A stretch of 32,000 bases of DNA from an uncultured Opitutales bacterium (GTDB lineage Bacteria; Verrucomicrobiota; Verrucomicrobiia; Opitutales; Intestinicryptomonadaceae), in the NCBI GenBank assembly GCA_934660865.1, contig CAKUIA010000012.1, positions 55,241 through 87,240 on the forward strand, written 5' to 3'. A program made the position numbers and the translations under genes. Below are positions 22,399 through 32,000 of this stretch, piece by piece (positions within the stretch are counted from its first letter, which is position 1; every line of letters starts with the position of its first letter). Under the pieces are notes generated by a model, which was given only the letters and a program-made list of their open reading frames with translations, had not been told where the DNA came from and ran no database searches.

Positions 22399-22986
22399 AT
22401 GATAGACGAACTTTTAAAAAACTTTAACCGCAAAGGCTTTAACGCCGTTTACTTTAAAGATGCGCAAAGCGCCGTAGACTGGCTTTGCGGGAACATCAAC
22501 AACACAAGCGTGGGCTTTGGCGGCTCTGCAACAGTAGGCCAGCTAAACCTTATAGAGCTTTTGGCCGAAAACAACCGCGTGTTTGCCCATGCAAAAGACG
22601 GCCCAAGCGCCTACCAGGGCGCAAGAAACGCCGAAAGCTATATTTGCAGCGCGAACGCCATAACAAAAACGGGCGAAATTGTAAATATAGACGGCCGCGG
22701 CAACAGGGTATCGGCAACATCGTACGGGGCAAAGCGCGTATTTTTTGTTTGCGGAACAAACAAGATTGCCCCCGACATTGAAAGCGCAATTTACAGGGCA
22801 AAAAACATTGCAGCCCCCTTGAACGCCAAAAGGCTAAAGCGCAAAACGCCGTGCGCAGTAAGGGGCGACAAATGCTACAACTGCCAAAGCCCCGAAAGGA
22901 TTTGCAACATAACAACAATTATTACAAACCCGCCATTTGACATGCAGGTATACCTTGTGCTGATAGAGGGCAGCTTCGGGTTTTAG
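22399..22986 (+). CDS. LUD-domain (lactate-utilisation LutC/YkgG-like, DUF162) protein
   Basis: The size (~195 aa) fits, as do the motifs VGFGGSATV..., ICSANAITKTGEIVNIDGRGNRV and KRVFFVCGTNKI, which are typical of LUD-domain proteins. Confidence 0.55.
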   Translation: MIDELLKNFNRKGFNAVYFKDAQSAVDWLCGNINNTSVGFGGSATVGQLNLIELLAENNRVFAHAKDGPSAYQGARNAESYICSANAITKTGEIVNIDGRGNRVSATSYGAKRVFFVCGTNKIAPDIESAIYRAKNIAAPLNAKRLKRKTPCAVRGDKCYNCQSPERICNITTIITNPPFDMQVYLVLIEGSFGF

Positions 22987-23028
22987 CGGCGCATAAAAAA
23001 AGCGAAAAAATCCATACGCAAAAAAAGA

Positions 23029-23054
23029 CGGCACATTGCCGCCTTTTTGTTTTT
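23029..23054 (+). terminator. Terminator-like hairpin after the LUD gene
   Basis: Stem cggca-cat-tgccg followed by cctttttgttttt. Confidence 0.4.
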
Positions 23055-23071
23055 CAAAAAACTGCGCGCTT

Positions 23072-23692
23072 TTAAAGCGTTTTTAAAAACTCCAAAAGTT
23101 TGCGCAACGCCTTGCCGCGGTGGCTGATTTCGTTCTTCTTTTCGGCCGGCATTTCGGCCGTTGTGCAGCCGTATTCGTCGCAATAAAACAGCGGGTCGTA
23201 GCCGAAGCCGCCGCTGCCCTTCTCGCCGTGGTTTATGCGGCCTTCAACCTTGCCCGAAAACGAATGAACCGTGCCGTCGGGGCAAATAAGCGCCAGTTCG
23301 CACACAAAGCGCGCCGTTCTTTTGTTGTCGGGCACGTTTGCCAAATTTGCCAAAAGCTTTTTGTTGTTCTCGGCGTCGGCATTTGCGCCCTTTACCCCCG
23401 CATATCTTGCAGAATGCACCCCAGGGGCGCCGTTTAGGGCGTCTACAACAATGCCGCTGTCGTCGGCCAAAACATAGGCGTCTTTAGGCGCAATTTTTTT
23501 TAGCGCCGAAGCCTTTAAAAAGGCGTTGCCCGTAAAGGTTTCGGCATTTTCGTCTACATAGGGCATTCCGCCCAAATCGGTTGCCGACTTTAAAACCCAG
23601 CCCGAATTTTCTAGCATTTGCGAAAATTCGGAAAGCTTGTGGGCGTTGCCCGTTGCCAAATATATAACTTTATTGACCTGTTTTTTTCGCAT
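23072..23692 (-). CDS. rdgB: Non-canonical purine NTP pyrophosphatase (dITP/XTP pyrophosphatase, RdgB/HAM1 family)
   Basis: The family motifs are ATGNAHKLSEF, ETFTGNAFLKA, LADDSGIVVDALNGAPGVHSARYAG, GFGYDPLF and EISHRGKAL. Confidence 0.9.
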   Translation of the reverse strand: MRKKQVNKVIYLATGNAHKLSEFSQMLENSGWVLKSATDLGGMPYVDENAETFTGNAFLKASALKKIAPKDAYVLADDSGIVVDALNGAPGVHSARYAGVKGANADAENNKKLLANLANVPDNKRTARFVCELALICPDGTVHSFSGKVEGRINHGEKGSGGFGYDPLFYCDEYGCTTAEMPAEKKNEISHRGKALRKLLEFLKTL

Positions 23693-24647
23693 CGCGTTTC
23701 TTTGTTAGAAGTCTTGCCTTAGACAGCGCAAAATTCGGTTCCGAAAATTCGCTTTTGCCCTCGTTTTTAAGAATGCCGTAAACCGCGCCCATTTTTGCGT
23801 CTAGATAGTCTACGCACGAAACGAAAACGGCTTCGGGGGTGGCGGGCAAAACAACCGCGCCCCACTCTATTTCGCCGTGGTGGCTAAGCATAATGTGCTC
23901 GAGTCTTTCGCGCGAATCGTCGTCTAAACCGCATTTTATGGCGGCCTTGCGCACAAACCTGTACGACAGCACCAAGTGCCCCTCTAAAAGCCCCGAACGG
24001 GTTTTATTGAAAGTTAAATCCTGCGCATATTCTATAACCTTGCCCGTGTCGTGCAAAATAACGCCCGCTAGCGCCATATTTCGGTCTATAAAAGGATATA
24101 AATCGAACAAGGCGTTTGCCGTTTTTGCGCACGAAAGGGTGTGCTCTAAAAGCCCGTGAATGTAGGCGTGGTGCATACTTTTTGCCGCCGTGCTTGTAAA
24201 GAAGTTTTCGGCTACAACGGGTTCGGCAAAAACGCTTAGCACTGTGTTTTTAAGCGGCTCTTCGCTTATGGTGTCGATAAGCGCAAAAAGCTCGGCTTTC
24301 ATTTGCTCGGGGTCTTTGTCGGAAACGGGGCACAAGTCTTTTGCGTAGGGCTTTGCCTCGTCTTTGTCGAGCTTTTCAAGATATTCAAGCCTGGGGCTGA
24401 ACTTGTCGTTGTAATAGTCGCAACGCCCCGAAATCCTGAAAATGTCGCCCGCCGTCGACGATTTTACGACGCCGAAAAACGCGTTGTCGCCGAACACCAT
24501 AAAGGTTATCGAGGCGGATTTGTCGCCGAAATCGGCAACCAAAAAATCCCCGCCGTTTTTGGCGATTTTGGTTTGAACGTCTTTTAAAACGGCAACGGTT
24601 TCGAACGAGTCGCCCCTGCTTAGATTTTTTGCGTCGGCAATTTTCAT
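23670..24647 (-). CDS. OB-fold + HD-domain phosphohydrolase (YhaM/Cbf1-like 3'-5' exoribonuclease family)
   Basis: An N-terminal OB-like region is followed by the HD domain: [23 protein letters not shown] and [12 protein letters not shown]. It overlaps rdgB by 23 nt, consistent with an operon. Confidence 0.7.
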   Translation of the reverse strand: MKIADAKNLSRGDSFETVAVLKDVQTKIAKNGGDFLVADFGDKSASITFMVFGDNAFFGVVKSSTAGDIFRISGRCDYYNDKFSPRLEYLEKLDKDEAKPYAKDLCPVSDKDPEQMKAELFALIDTISEEPLKNTVLSVFAEPVVAENFFTSTAAKSMHHAYIHGLLEHTLSCAKTANALFDLYPFIDRNMALAGVILHDTGKVIEYAQDLTFNKTRSGLLEGHLVLSYRFVRKAAIKCGLDDDSRERLEHIMLSHHGEIEWGAVVLPATPEAVFVSCVDYLDAKMGAVYGILKNEGKSEFSEPNFALSKARLLTKKRDAKKTGQ

Positions 24648-25132
24648 AAAGTGTTTTTCCTTTTTTCCACCAATGCCCTTACAACATTTTCGGGGGCAAA
24701 GGCCCTGATTTTTTCGGGCCTAAAATTTGCAACCTCTTTTATGAGAGTCGAGCTCGTATAGAAATATGCGTTTGAAGGCATAAGCAAAATCGTTTCTATG
24801 GAATCGTTTAAGTGCCTGTTCATTTGGGCAAGCTGGAACTCGAACTCGAAATCCGAAACAACCCTAAGGCCGCGTATAAGCGCGCAGGCGTTGTTTTTTT
24901 CGGCAAAGTCTATGGTAAGCCCGTCCAAAACCGCAACGTCCACATTCGGCATATCGGCTATGTTTTCCTCTATCAGGCGAACCCTTTCGGGTATGTCGAA
25001 CAGCGGTTTTTTGCCCGAGTTTTTGGCGACGGCAATAATTACCCTGTCGAAAATCTCCAAGGCGCGTTTAAGAATGTCGAGATGCCCCAACGTTATCGGG
25101 TCGAAAGACCCGGGGTACACTGCGGTTTTCAT
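24644..25132 (-). CDS. coaD: Phosphopantetheine adenylyltransferase
   Basis: [20 protein letters not shown] contains the T/HxGH nucleotidyltransferase motif, and the length is about 162 aa from this Met. The ORF-track start at 25171 adds 13 unlikely residues. Confidence 0.9.
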   Translation of the reverse strand: MKTAVYPGSFDPITLGHLDILKRALEIFDRVIIAVAKNSGKKPLFDIPERVRLIEENIADMPNVDVAVLDGLTIDFAEKNNACALIRGLRVVSDFEFEFQLAQMNRHLNDSIETILLMPSNAYFYTSSTLIKEVANFRPEKIRAFAPENVVRALVEKRKNTL

Positions 25133-25208
25133 GCGAGTATTTTTTTGTTGTAAAGAGTATTGTGTGTGCAATAATGTGCCAAAATATTTTTAGTACAAAC
25201 CTTTTTTA

Positions 25209-25790
25209 ATGAATTTGCCCAATATATTAACGCTCGCAAGAGTTGCGGCAAGCTTCGCGGTGTGCGTGGCTTTGTGTATCAATGTCGAATGGTTTGCCCT
25301 TTCGGCGTTCGTGCTTTTTTTGGCGGGGGCCGTTAGCGACTGGTTCGACGGCTACTTTGCAAGGAAATATTCGCTTATTACAAACTTCGGCAAGTTTATG
25401 GACGCTTTGTGCGACAAGATAATGATTTTGGGAATTGCCGTTGTAATGATTGCCCTTAACATTTTCGGCGAATACAACCTTATTGCGGCCTTTTGCGTTA
25501 TGCTTACGGTAACGCGCGAATTTTTTGTCAGCGGCATAAGAATGATGGCGGCAAAAGAGGGCGTTGTGATTGCCGCCGAAAAAATGGGCAAATACAAAAC
25601 GGCCTTCCAAATGGTTTCGCTTGGCGCGTTTATTTTGGCGAATTCGGTTGTAAAAGACTTCGACGCCGCCGACACCTTTTTTTGGACGCTCTGCCGCGAT
25701 GTGGGCGTTGTAATGCTTTTATTGTCGACATTTTTGGCGGGGCTTTCGGGCGTAAACTACGCGGTAAAATACAGAAAACTTTATTTGTAA
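25209..25790 (+). CDS. pgsA: CDP-diacylglycerol--glycerol-3-phosphate 3-phosphatidyltransferase
   Basis: NLPNILTLARV is followed by the CDP-alcohol phosphatidyltransferase motif DWFDGYFARK...G...D...D. The protein is multi-pass hydrophobic. Confidence 0.85.
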   Translation: MNLPNILTLARVAASFAVCVALCINVEWFALSAFVLFLAGAVSDWFDGYFARKYSLITNFGKFMDALCDKIMILGIAVVMIALNIFGEYNLIAAFCVMLTVTREFFVSGIRMMAAKEGVVIAAEKMGKYKTAFQMVSLGAFILANSVVKDFDAADTFFWTLCRDVGVVMLLLSTFLAGLSGVNYAVKYRKLYL

Positions 25791-25793
25791 AAA

Positions 25794-26294
25794 ATGTTTA
25801 AGCTGAATAAATTTTTGGCGTTGTTGGGCAAAGAGCGCATTGTTGCCCTTGCCACCCTCGGCAAAATCGGCTCGCTAAAAGCCCCCGGAACTTTCGGCAG
25901 CCTTGCCGGGATTTTGTTTTTTACGGTTGCCCTTTTCTACGCAAGTTTGCCCGCGCTGGTTTTATATTCGCTTGTTTCGGCCTATATAGCCGTGGGCGTT
26001 TGCGACTTGGCCGAAAGCTACATAGGAGTTAAAGACCCGCACGAGGTTATTTTGGACGAATTTGTGGCCATACCCTTTTGCTTTTGGGGAATTCCCCTTA
26101 ATTTTGAAGGCGCGGGCAACTTTATAATTGTGGCCTTGGCTTTCGGGCTATTCAGGCTTTTCGACATAACAAAACCGCTTTTTATAAACAAGCTGCAAGA
26201 GCTTAAAGGCGGCCTGGGCTGCGTTGCCGACGACATAGCCGCCGCCCTTACGACCTGCGTTTGCCTGCACGTTATAATAAAGCTTTTTATGTAG
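25794..26294 (+). CDS. pgpA: Phosphatidylglycerophosphatase A
   Basis: The APGTFGSLAG motif, ILDEFVA and DITKP are present in a hydrophobic protein of about 166 aa. The gene is adjacent to pgsA. Confidence 0.8.
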   Translation: MFKLNKFLALLGKERIVALATLGKIGSLKAPGTFGSLAGILFFTVALFYASLPALVLYSLVSAYIAVGVCDLAESYIGVKDPHEVILDEFVAIPFCFWGIPLNFEGAGNFIIVALAFGLFRLFDITKPLFINKLQELKGGLGCVADDIAAALTTCVCLHVIIKLFM

Positions 26295-26375
26295 CAAGCG
26301 CCCGAATTTTGCGCAAAAAAATGCGGGGCAATCCAATGGATACGCTCCGCACTTTTGTCTTGTAAAAAGCCCCGT

Positions 26376-27401
26376 TTACAGGCTCGATTCCCTGTATTCT
26401 ATTTTGGTATCCAGCAGCTTAAAGAACACGTCGCCGTCGGGGTTGTTTATGCGCGACAAAATCGCGTCGGCGCCCATTTCGCCCATCTTGCGCGTGTCGG
26501 TTACCGCCGTAGACAAAGTGGGGCTTGTAATCTTGCTCATTTGAATCGAGTCGTACCCGAAAAACGAAATTTGCGCGGGAATGTTATATCCCAATTTTTT
26601 TGCGTGGTTCATAAGGGCAATGGCCAAATTGTCGTTGCACGAAAATATCGCGCCGTTTTGTATGCCCTTGTCGAAATTCTTGTCGAATATTTCTATTGCT
26701 TCGGCTTCGGTATCGAATTTGTCGAAAACCTTTGCGTTTTGCACCGCAAATTTGGAAACGGCGTTTTTAAAGCCGCCGAGACGCTCTTTTGTGTTGTAGT
26801 CGTCGTGGTCGAAGGCGAAATAGGTTAAATCTTTTGCGCCTTTTAAAAGAGCCGTTTGCACCATTCTTTGGGTTGCTTCAAAACCGTTTGTAGTTATGGA
26901 ATCTATGCCGCTTATGTAGGTGTCGAGCGCAACGCATTTTACCTCCGAAGCCTTTATTATGTCGGCCGCCGCCTCCGGGAAGCCGCCCAAAAGAACAACG
27001 CCGTCTACCTTGCCGTATTTTATGCAGTTTGGCGGGGTTTTTGTTTCCACGTTTTCGGGCGTAAATTCCGAAATCAAAAGCTCGTAGTTATATTCCGACA
27101 ACCTTTTTTGCAGGTTGTGCATTAAGTTAAGGTAATATTCGTTTTTGAATATGTCGGTATTTGAGCGGTAAAACACAACGCCTATGGTTTGCGTTTTGCC
27201 GGTGCGCAACATTCTAGCCTTAAAGTTTACCGAATAACCAAGCTCTTTTATTATCCTTTGTATCTCGGTTTCGGTTTCGGTAGAGTAGTTGCCTTTTTTA
27301 TTTAAAACATTCGACACCGTGGCCGTAGAGCAATGCGCCCTTTCGGCTATGGTTTTTAGAGACAATTTTTTGGTATTGGCCATTCTTATTTTCGTTATCA
27401 C
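26376..27401 (-). CDS. LacI-family transcriptional regulator
   Basis: The N-terminal HTH is LKTIAERAHCSTATVSNVLNKK...I..ELGY, followed by a periplasmic-binding-protein-like sugar-binding fold. The start may instead be the Met at 27383. Confidence 0.85.
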   Translation of the reverse strand: MITKIRMANTKKLSLKTIAERAHCSTATVSNVLNKKGNYSTETETEIQRIIKELGYSVNFKARMLRTGKTQTIGVVFYRSNTDIFKNEYYLNLMHNLQKRLSEYNYELLISEFTPENVETKTPPNCIKYGKVDGVVLLGGFPEAAADIIKASEVKCVALDTYISGIDSITTNGFEATQRMVQTALLKGAKDLTYFAFDHDDYNTKERLGGFKNAVSKFAVQNAKVFDKFDTEAEAIEIFDKNFDKGIQNGAIFSCNDNLAIALMNHAKKLGYNIPAQISFFGYDSIQMSKITSPTLSTAVTDTRKMGEMGADAILSRINNPDGDVFFKLLDTKIEYRESSL

Positions 27402-27482
27402 CTTAGGTTATCCTAATTATCGTTAACTAAGGCAAGTAAAAAGTTTTTGACAAGCCGGGCAAAAAACAAAAACATTTTGTTT

Positions 27483-29411
27483 ATGAAAAACGTTGCATAT
27501 ATATTGGGGCTTTTGTCCGCATTTTTAGTTTCGTGCACAAGCGCGAATTCGGCAAACGACGAAAATACACATTCAGGATTTACGCAAATAGACCAGCCCG
27601 TAGAAACGCAAGCTGCCCCGCAAGTGTTAAGCGACGGCGATTTCGACTTTTCGAAAATTAAAGGCCACCCGAGAATTTTCTTTAAAGACGCCGAAATAGA
27701 CTTCATTAAAAATTCGCTGAAAGGCAACAAAGTAGCCAACCGCTACCATAGCGAAATAATTAAATCGGCAAAAGAGCACCTAAACGCCCCCAAGCTTGAA
27801 TATAGGCTAGACGCTTCGGGCAGGCGCATTTTAAGCATATCGCGCGAATTTTTAAGGCGCATTGCCTTGCATGCCTATGCCTACAAGTTTACCAAAAACC
27901 CCGCATTTTTAGCGGCGGCAGAAAGGGAAATGCTTAACAGCGCCTCTTTTAAGGATTTTAACGACAGCCACTTTTTAGACACCGCCGAAATGGCTCTTGC
28001 CCTTAGCGTTGGCTACGACGCCCTTTACAACGATATTAAGCCCGAAACAAGAAAGGCGGTAGAAACAGCCCTTATTGAAAAAGCGCTAAAAAAAGCCCTT
28101 GTTCGCAAACATGTGTTCGGCGGAAAGGATAACTGGAATCAGGTTTGCAGTGCCGCAATGATAAGCGCCGCCATTTGCGTATTCGAAAAAGACGAAACTT
28201 TGACAAGGAAAATATTAAGGGAATGTTCTACATCTCCCGTAAGAACCCTAAACGAATATGCCCCCGACGGCGTATACCCCGAAGGCCTCGCCTATTGGGA
28301 TTTCGGCACGGGCTTTCAGGTTTTGCACATAAAGGCGCTCGAACGCGCTTTCGGCAAAGATTTCGGCCTTTCAAAAGCGCAAGGCTTTTTGGAATCGGCC
28401 GAATACGAAACTTTGGGAATGTCGCACACGGGCAAAATTTTTAATTTTAGCGACGCCACCGAAAACTGCCAAATTTCAAGCGCAATTTTTTGGTTTGCAA
28501 ACAGGTCAAACAACTTGGGCGTGTTGTCGCCAATAAAGGAAATGGTTAAAGACCCCAAGTGCGTAGGCGAGCACGGCATTACAGTAAAAACTTCGTTTGC
28601 AAGGCTGCTGCCTCTTTTTATGGACGACATAGCCGCAGTTGATTTCGATAAAATTCCCGAAAAAGCTACTCCCTTTAAAATAGGTTTGGGGCCCTGCTCT
28701 ATTGCGCTAATTAGGGGCACTATTGACGGCCAACCCGTATTTATTGGCGTAAAGGCGGGTATCGACGCCAACAACCACGGCCACGCCGACACGGGCTCTT
28801 TTGTTTTGGATATAGGAGAAAGTCGCTTTGTAAGCGACATTGCAATTTTGCCCTACCATGCTATGGAGAAAAACAAGATAAACCTTTGGAACAAAAAACA
28901 GGATTCCGAAAGGTGGCGTCTTATTAGGTATACAAACTCTTCGCACTCTACCCTTACGGTAAACGGCAAGGTACACAATGTGTATGCAAAAGCCCCCATT
29001 GTCGGCAAAATAGACAACGCCGCTTGCCGCGGAGTTTTAATAGACCTAACCGCCCCCCTTGCACCCGAAGTAGAAAAGGCAACGCGCGCAATAAAGCTTA
29101 TCGACAACAAAAAAATAGAAATTACCGACACAATAAAAGCCCCCGAACAAAAAGACGCCGAAGTTGTATTTTGCATACCAACCCAAGCCGAAGTTAAAAT
29201 GGAAAACGGCGCAATCATTTTAAAAAGGGGCAATAAAATGCTGAAAATTTCGGCAACTTCGAACGCAAATACAAAGCCCGAAATGTTCGACAGAAAGCCC
29301 ATAAACCCCAAAGACTACTTTTTGGACAACTACTTTTTAACGGGTTTTAAAAGCACGGTAAAGAAAGGGCAAACAGCCGTAATTAAAACCGAAATTACGC
29401 CTTTAAACTAG
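27483..29411 (+). CDS. Heparinase II/III-like polysaccharide lyase, lipoprotein
   Basis: The lipoprotein signal is MKNVAYILGLLSAFLVSC. NWNQVCSAAMISAA and HGHADTGSFVLD are typical of heparinase II/III proteins. The ORF-track start at 27447 precedes the signal peptide. Confidence 0.75.
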   Translation: MKNVAYILGLLSAFLVSCTSANSANDENTHSGFTQIDQPVETQAAPQVLSDGDFDFSKIKGHPRIFFKDAEIDFIKNSLKGNKVANRYHSEIIKSAKEHLNAPKLEYRLDASGRRILSISREFLRRIALHAYAYKFTKNPAFLAAAEREMLNSASFKDFNDSHFLDTAEMALALSVGYDALYNDIKPETRKAVETALIEKALKKALVRKHVFGGKDNWNQVCSAAMISAAICVFEKDETLTRKILRECSTSPVRTLNEYAPDGVYPEGLAYWDFGTGFQVLHIKALERAFGKDFGLSKAQGFLESAEYETLGMSHTGKIFNFSDATENCQISSAIFWFANRSNNLGVLSPIKEMVKDPKCVGEHGITVKTSFARLLPLFMDDIAAVDFDKIPEKATPFKIGLGPCSIALIRGTIDGQPVFIGVKAGIDANNHGHADTGSFVLDIGESRFVSDIAILPYHAMEKNKINLWNKKQDSERWRLIRYTNSSHSTLTVNGKVHNVYAKAPIVGKIDNAACRGVLIDLTAPLAPEVEKATRAIKLIDNKKIEITDTIKAPEQKDAEVVFCIPTQAEVKMENGAIILKRGNKMLKISATSNANTKPEMFDRKPINPKDYFLDNYFLTGFKSTVKKGQTAVIKTEITPLN

Positions 29412-29433
29412 TTTTGCCCAAAACAATAAAAGC

Positions 29434-29466
29434 GGCGCAATACCTTTGGGGTTTGCGCCGTTTTTT
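29434..29466 (+). terminator. Rho-independent terminator after the lyase gene
   Basis: Stem ggcgcaa (29434..29440) pairs with ttgcgcc (29453..29459), followed by g and tttttt. Confidence 0.7.
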
Positions 29467-29515
29467 GTTGAATTTTTTTGACAGTTGGCGGCTTAACTTT
29501 TTTAATCGGCAAAGT

Positions 29516-31921
29516 ATGAATATGAAAAAACGTATATTTACTTTTGCAGCCATTTTGTTTGCGACTGCAATGGGTGCAACATCGCTTTACGCAAATCCGA
29601 AAGTGCAACCCGAAACGGAGGAAACTTTTGCGCACATTCCGCAGGCGCTAAAACAGGCGCGCTGGCTGTGGCCGTATCCGGCAAGCTGGTACGACATTCA
29701 CAACAGCTACGCCCTTTTTAGGCAAACTTTTGAATTGGGCAAAATGCCCGAAAAGGCAATTTTATACATCAGTGCCGACCAGCAATATATGCTGTATATA
29801 AACGGCAAATACGTAAACCGCGGCCCCGCCCGAGCCATGCACGAACACTATAGCTACGACGAAATAGACGTTTTGCAATATCTAAAAACGGGCAAAAACC
29901 TTATTGCAATACGCGCCTACAATTCGGGCAAAAGCACATTTTCGTATGTGCACCAGGCAAACGCCGGTGTAATTTTTGCGCTTGAAACCGACGGCAAAAC
30001 CAAAACGGTTTCGTGCATGCCGAAGACAAAGTGCATACGCGAAAACGCAAATTATAGGGATAGCGTTTCACAATCTCTGCAGCTAAACTACCAAGAGCAT
30101 TTTGATATGAATAAGGCCGAAATCGGCTGGCAAAGCTTGGATTACGACGATTCGAACTGGGGCAAGGCCGAGGGCGACCGCGCCTACAACGCAATGCCGT
30201 ACTACAATTTGCAGGCTCGCGGAACGCCGATGTGCGACACAAACATAATAAAAAACTTTACAATTTTGGCGAAGGCAAAGGGCAAAACGCTGACCGAAAG
30301 CGACACATTCCGCAACATTTGCGAGCTTTACGATTTGGAGAAAACAAACGGCTTTAAAAAGGCCGAAAATGCCCCCAAAATAAACGTTGCAAAAAATCCT
30401 ATGGGCGAATTTACATCGCACATTGTCGATTTCGGCAAAACCGTTGTAGGCACGCCTATTTTGAAAATAGAAAACGCAAGCGGCGGCGAAATTGTCGACA
30501 TGGTTTTAAGCGAAAAAATCGACGAAAACTTCAACATAGACAACCTCTATAAAACGCACAGCAAACCCGCGGTTTCGAACAGGCTTATATGCAAAAAGGG
30601 CTTAAACGAACACGAATTTTTCTCTATTTGCGGCTTTAGGTATATGGAAATTAGGGTGCGCAAAAACAACAATTCCGAAATTTCAATTACCCCGTCGCTT
30701 AGGTGGTCTAACTACCCTTTGGGGAGCAATGGCGTTTTTGAATGTTCCGACAAGCTTGCAAACGAAATCTGGAAAGCTTCGGTGCATACCCAGCGCTGCT
30801 GCGCCATGGACGGCTATGTGGACACCCCCTACCGCGAACAGGCGCAATGGTGGGGCGACGCGCGCGTGCAGTCGTGGAACACATTTTTTATTTCGGGCGA
30901 CGCGCGCCTTTTAAGAAGAGGCATAAACATATTGTCGCAGCAGACTTTGCCCAACGGCCTAACCTACGGGCACGCCCCCACAATGGCGCACACCTGCATT
31001 TTGCCGGACTTTTCGCTTGTATGGATTTTAACGCTATACGATCACTATTGGCAAACGGGCAGCGCCGAGGCATACACAACGCACCGCGACACCGTTATGG
31101 GCATATTAAACTATTTTAACGGTCAGTTCGACACAAACGGCCTTTTAAAATACGACAAACGCTATTGGCTGTTTTTGGATTGGTCGCCCATACAAAAACA
31201 GGGCAACCCGGCGGTCTATAATTTGCTTTATTTATACACAATGCAAAAAATGCAGCAGCTTTGCGAGGAAAACGGCTTTAAAGACGACGCCAAAATGTTT
31301 GCCGAACGCGCCCTAAAACACGAAACTGCAATTATTTTAAATTTACTGGGCCAAAACGGCTTAATACACGACGGCATTTTGCCCGATAAAACCCTCAACA
31401 AAAAATGCGGCATACACGCGCAAACATTGGCAAAAATGTGCAACATAAACGGCTTTAACTTCGAAAAGGCCTTAAACGAAATTCTGCTTCCCTTTGTAAG
31501 AGAAAAAACTCCCGTAAGGGAATACAACGCAAAGCGCGACAAACCCGTGCCCTCTTCGTTTTGGGTTATATACCTTTTGCAGGTGCTCGACGAACAGGGC
31601 AAATACGCCAAAGACATTTACGACTTTTATATGCGAAACTGGGACATTATGGCCGAATACGGCGGAACTTTTGAAGGCTATCCCATAACTTCCAGCTCGC
31701 GCTCGCACGCATGGACGGCGCACCCCGCATTTATGCTGCCGAGAATTATCGGCGGCGTACGCCAAACATCGGCAGGCTGGAAAAGCGTAAGCTTTAAGCC
31801 CGCAACGTTTATCGACAATGCCACAATAGTATATCCAACCCCCAACGGCAAAATTAGGGTAGATATAGAAAACGGAAAGGCAAAACTGTCTTTGCCCGAC
31901 GCCATAACGCTCGACAAATAA
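29516..31921 (+). CDS. Secreted six-hairpin glycoside hydrolase, alpha-L-rhamnosidase (GH78)-like
   Basis: The signal peptide is MNMKKRIFTFAAILFATAMGATSLYA. DGYVDTPYREQAQWWGDARV resembles the rhamnosidase motif D.P.RER.gW.GD, and the size and C-terminal beta domain fit. The ORF-track start at 29414 would run through the upstream terminator. Confidence 0.6.
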   Translation: MNMKKRIFTFAAILFATAMGATSLYANPKVQPETEETFAHIPQALKQARWLWPYPASWYDIHNSYALFRQTFELGKMPEKAILYISADQQYMLYINGKYVNRGPARAMHEHYSYDEIDVLQYLKTGKNLIAIRAYNSGKSTFSYVHQANAGVIFALETDGKTKTVSCMPKTKCIRENANYRDSVSQSLQLNYQEHFDMNKAEIGWQSLDYDDSNWGKAEGDRAYNAMPYYNLQARGTPMCDTNIIKNFTILAKAKGKTLTESDTFRNICELYDLEKTNGFKKAENAPKINVAKNPMGEFTSHIVDFGKTVVGTPILKIENASGGEIVDMVLSEKIDENFNIDNLYKTHSKPAVSNRLICKKGLNEHEFFSICGFRYMEIRVRKNNNSEISITPSLRWSNYPLGSNGVFECSDKLANEIWKASVHTQRCCAMDGYVDTPYREQAQWWGDARVQSWNTFFISGDARLLRRGINILSQQTLPNGLTYGHAPTMAHTCILPDFSLVWILTLYDHYWQTGSAEAYTTHRDTVMGILNYFNGQFDTNGLLKYDKRYWLFLDWSPIQKQGNPAVYNLLYLYTMQKMQQLCEENGFKDDAKMFAERALKHETAIILNLLGQNGLIHDGILPDKTLNKKCGIHAQTLAKMCNINGFNFEKALNEILLPFVREKTPVREYNAKRDKPVPSSFWVIYLLQVLDEQGKYAKDIYDFYMRNWDIMAEYGGTFEGYPITSSSRSHAWTAHPAFMLPRIIGGVRQTSAGWKSVSFKPATFIDNATIVYPTPNGKIRVDIENGKAKLSLPDAITLDK

Positions 31922-32000
31922 AGCGCTCATCGTCAAAGATAGTGGAATGGATAAAAAAAAGGAGGGCAAAGAAGAGAAAAAATCTCTTACAATGCCCAGT

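Noticed and set aside
27447-27482. The ORF-track starts for the lyase gene (27447) and coaD (25171)
   Set aside because: Internal Met codons are immediately followed by a lipoprotein signal peptide (27483) or by the conserved CoaD N-terminus [12 protein letters not shown] (25132). The extensions add unconserved residues.
29414-29515. The ORF-track start at 29414 for the rhamnosidase-like gene
   Set aside because: This extension would be translated through the rho-independent terminator at 29434..29466 and precedes a clear signal peptide that starts at the ATG at 29516.
1-32000. CRISPR arrays, rRNA genes, IS elements with terminal inverted repeats, and retron or riboswitch-like elements
   Set aside because: I found no regularly spaced short repeats, no transposase-like ORF and no rRNA-like sequence on either strand. 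The only multi-copy sequences are the att-related repeats, the ATPase duplication and the short palindromes already listed.

Overview
The window has two parts. The right ~11 kb (21.1-32 kb) is ordinary chromosome at roughly 50% GC. It carries a DUF481 outer-membrane protein, a LUD-domain protein, an rdgB / yhaM-like / coaD operon, pgsA-pgpA, a LacI-family regulator, a heparinase II/III-like lipoprotein and a GH78-like rhamnosidase. The left ~20 kb (about 0.9-21.0 kb) is a composite integrated island abutting the 3' end of tRNA-Glu(UUC) (20993..21069, minus strand). An 89-bp repeat containing the last 7 nt of the tRNA occurs at both island ends (902..990 and 20911..20999). The 10-bp core plus a 21-bp island arm recurs at 1581..1611, exactly 600 bp from the first core. 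That interval holds a decayed mini-copy of the island's left end, including a deletion remnant of its DUF4143 ATPase gene. The island carries a tyrosine integrase just outside the left repeat and a large serine recombinase at the right end, whose stop lies 9 nt from one copy of a 24-bp direct repeat (1717..1740 and 20693..20716). It also has a MOBF/TrwC-type relaxase with a hairpin-rich oriT-like region, and a soluble FtsK/HerA/TraG-type ATPase inside an uncharacterised three-gene module. No type IV secretion genes are present, so it looks mobilizable rather than self-transmissible. Nested inside is a sharply AT-rich ~8.7 kb cassette (about 5.98-14.73 kb). It encodes a divergent FtsK-gamma-like wHTH protein, a 99-aa ORF, a 1045-aa protein with no motif I recognise, and an overlapping 1567-aa DEAH helicase with multiple zinc ribbons and a DUF1998-like C-terminus. 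This is the Druantia type III (DruH-DruE) architecture or an undescribed relative, and it is the best candidate for the system of interest. All homology calls come from reading motifs by eye; no searches were run. No CRISPR array, rRNA or IS element was seen.
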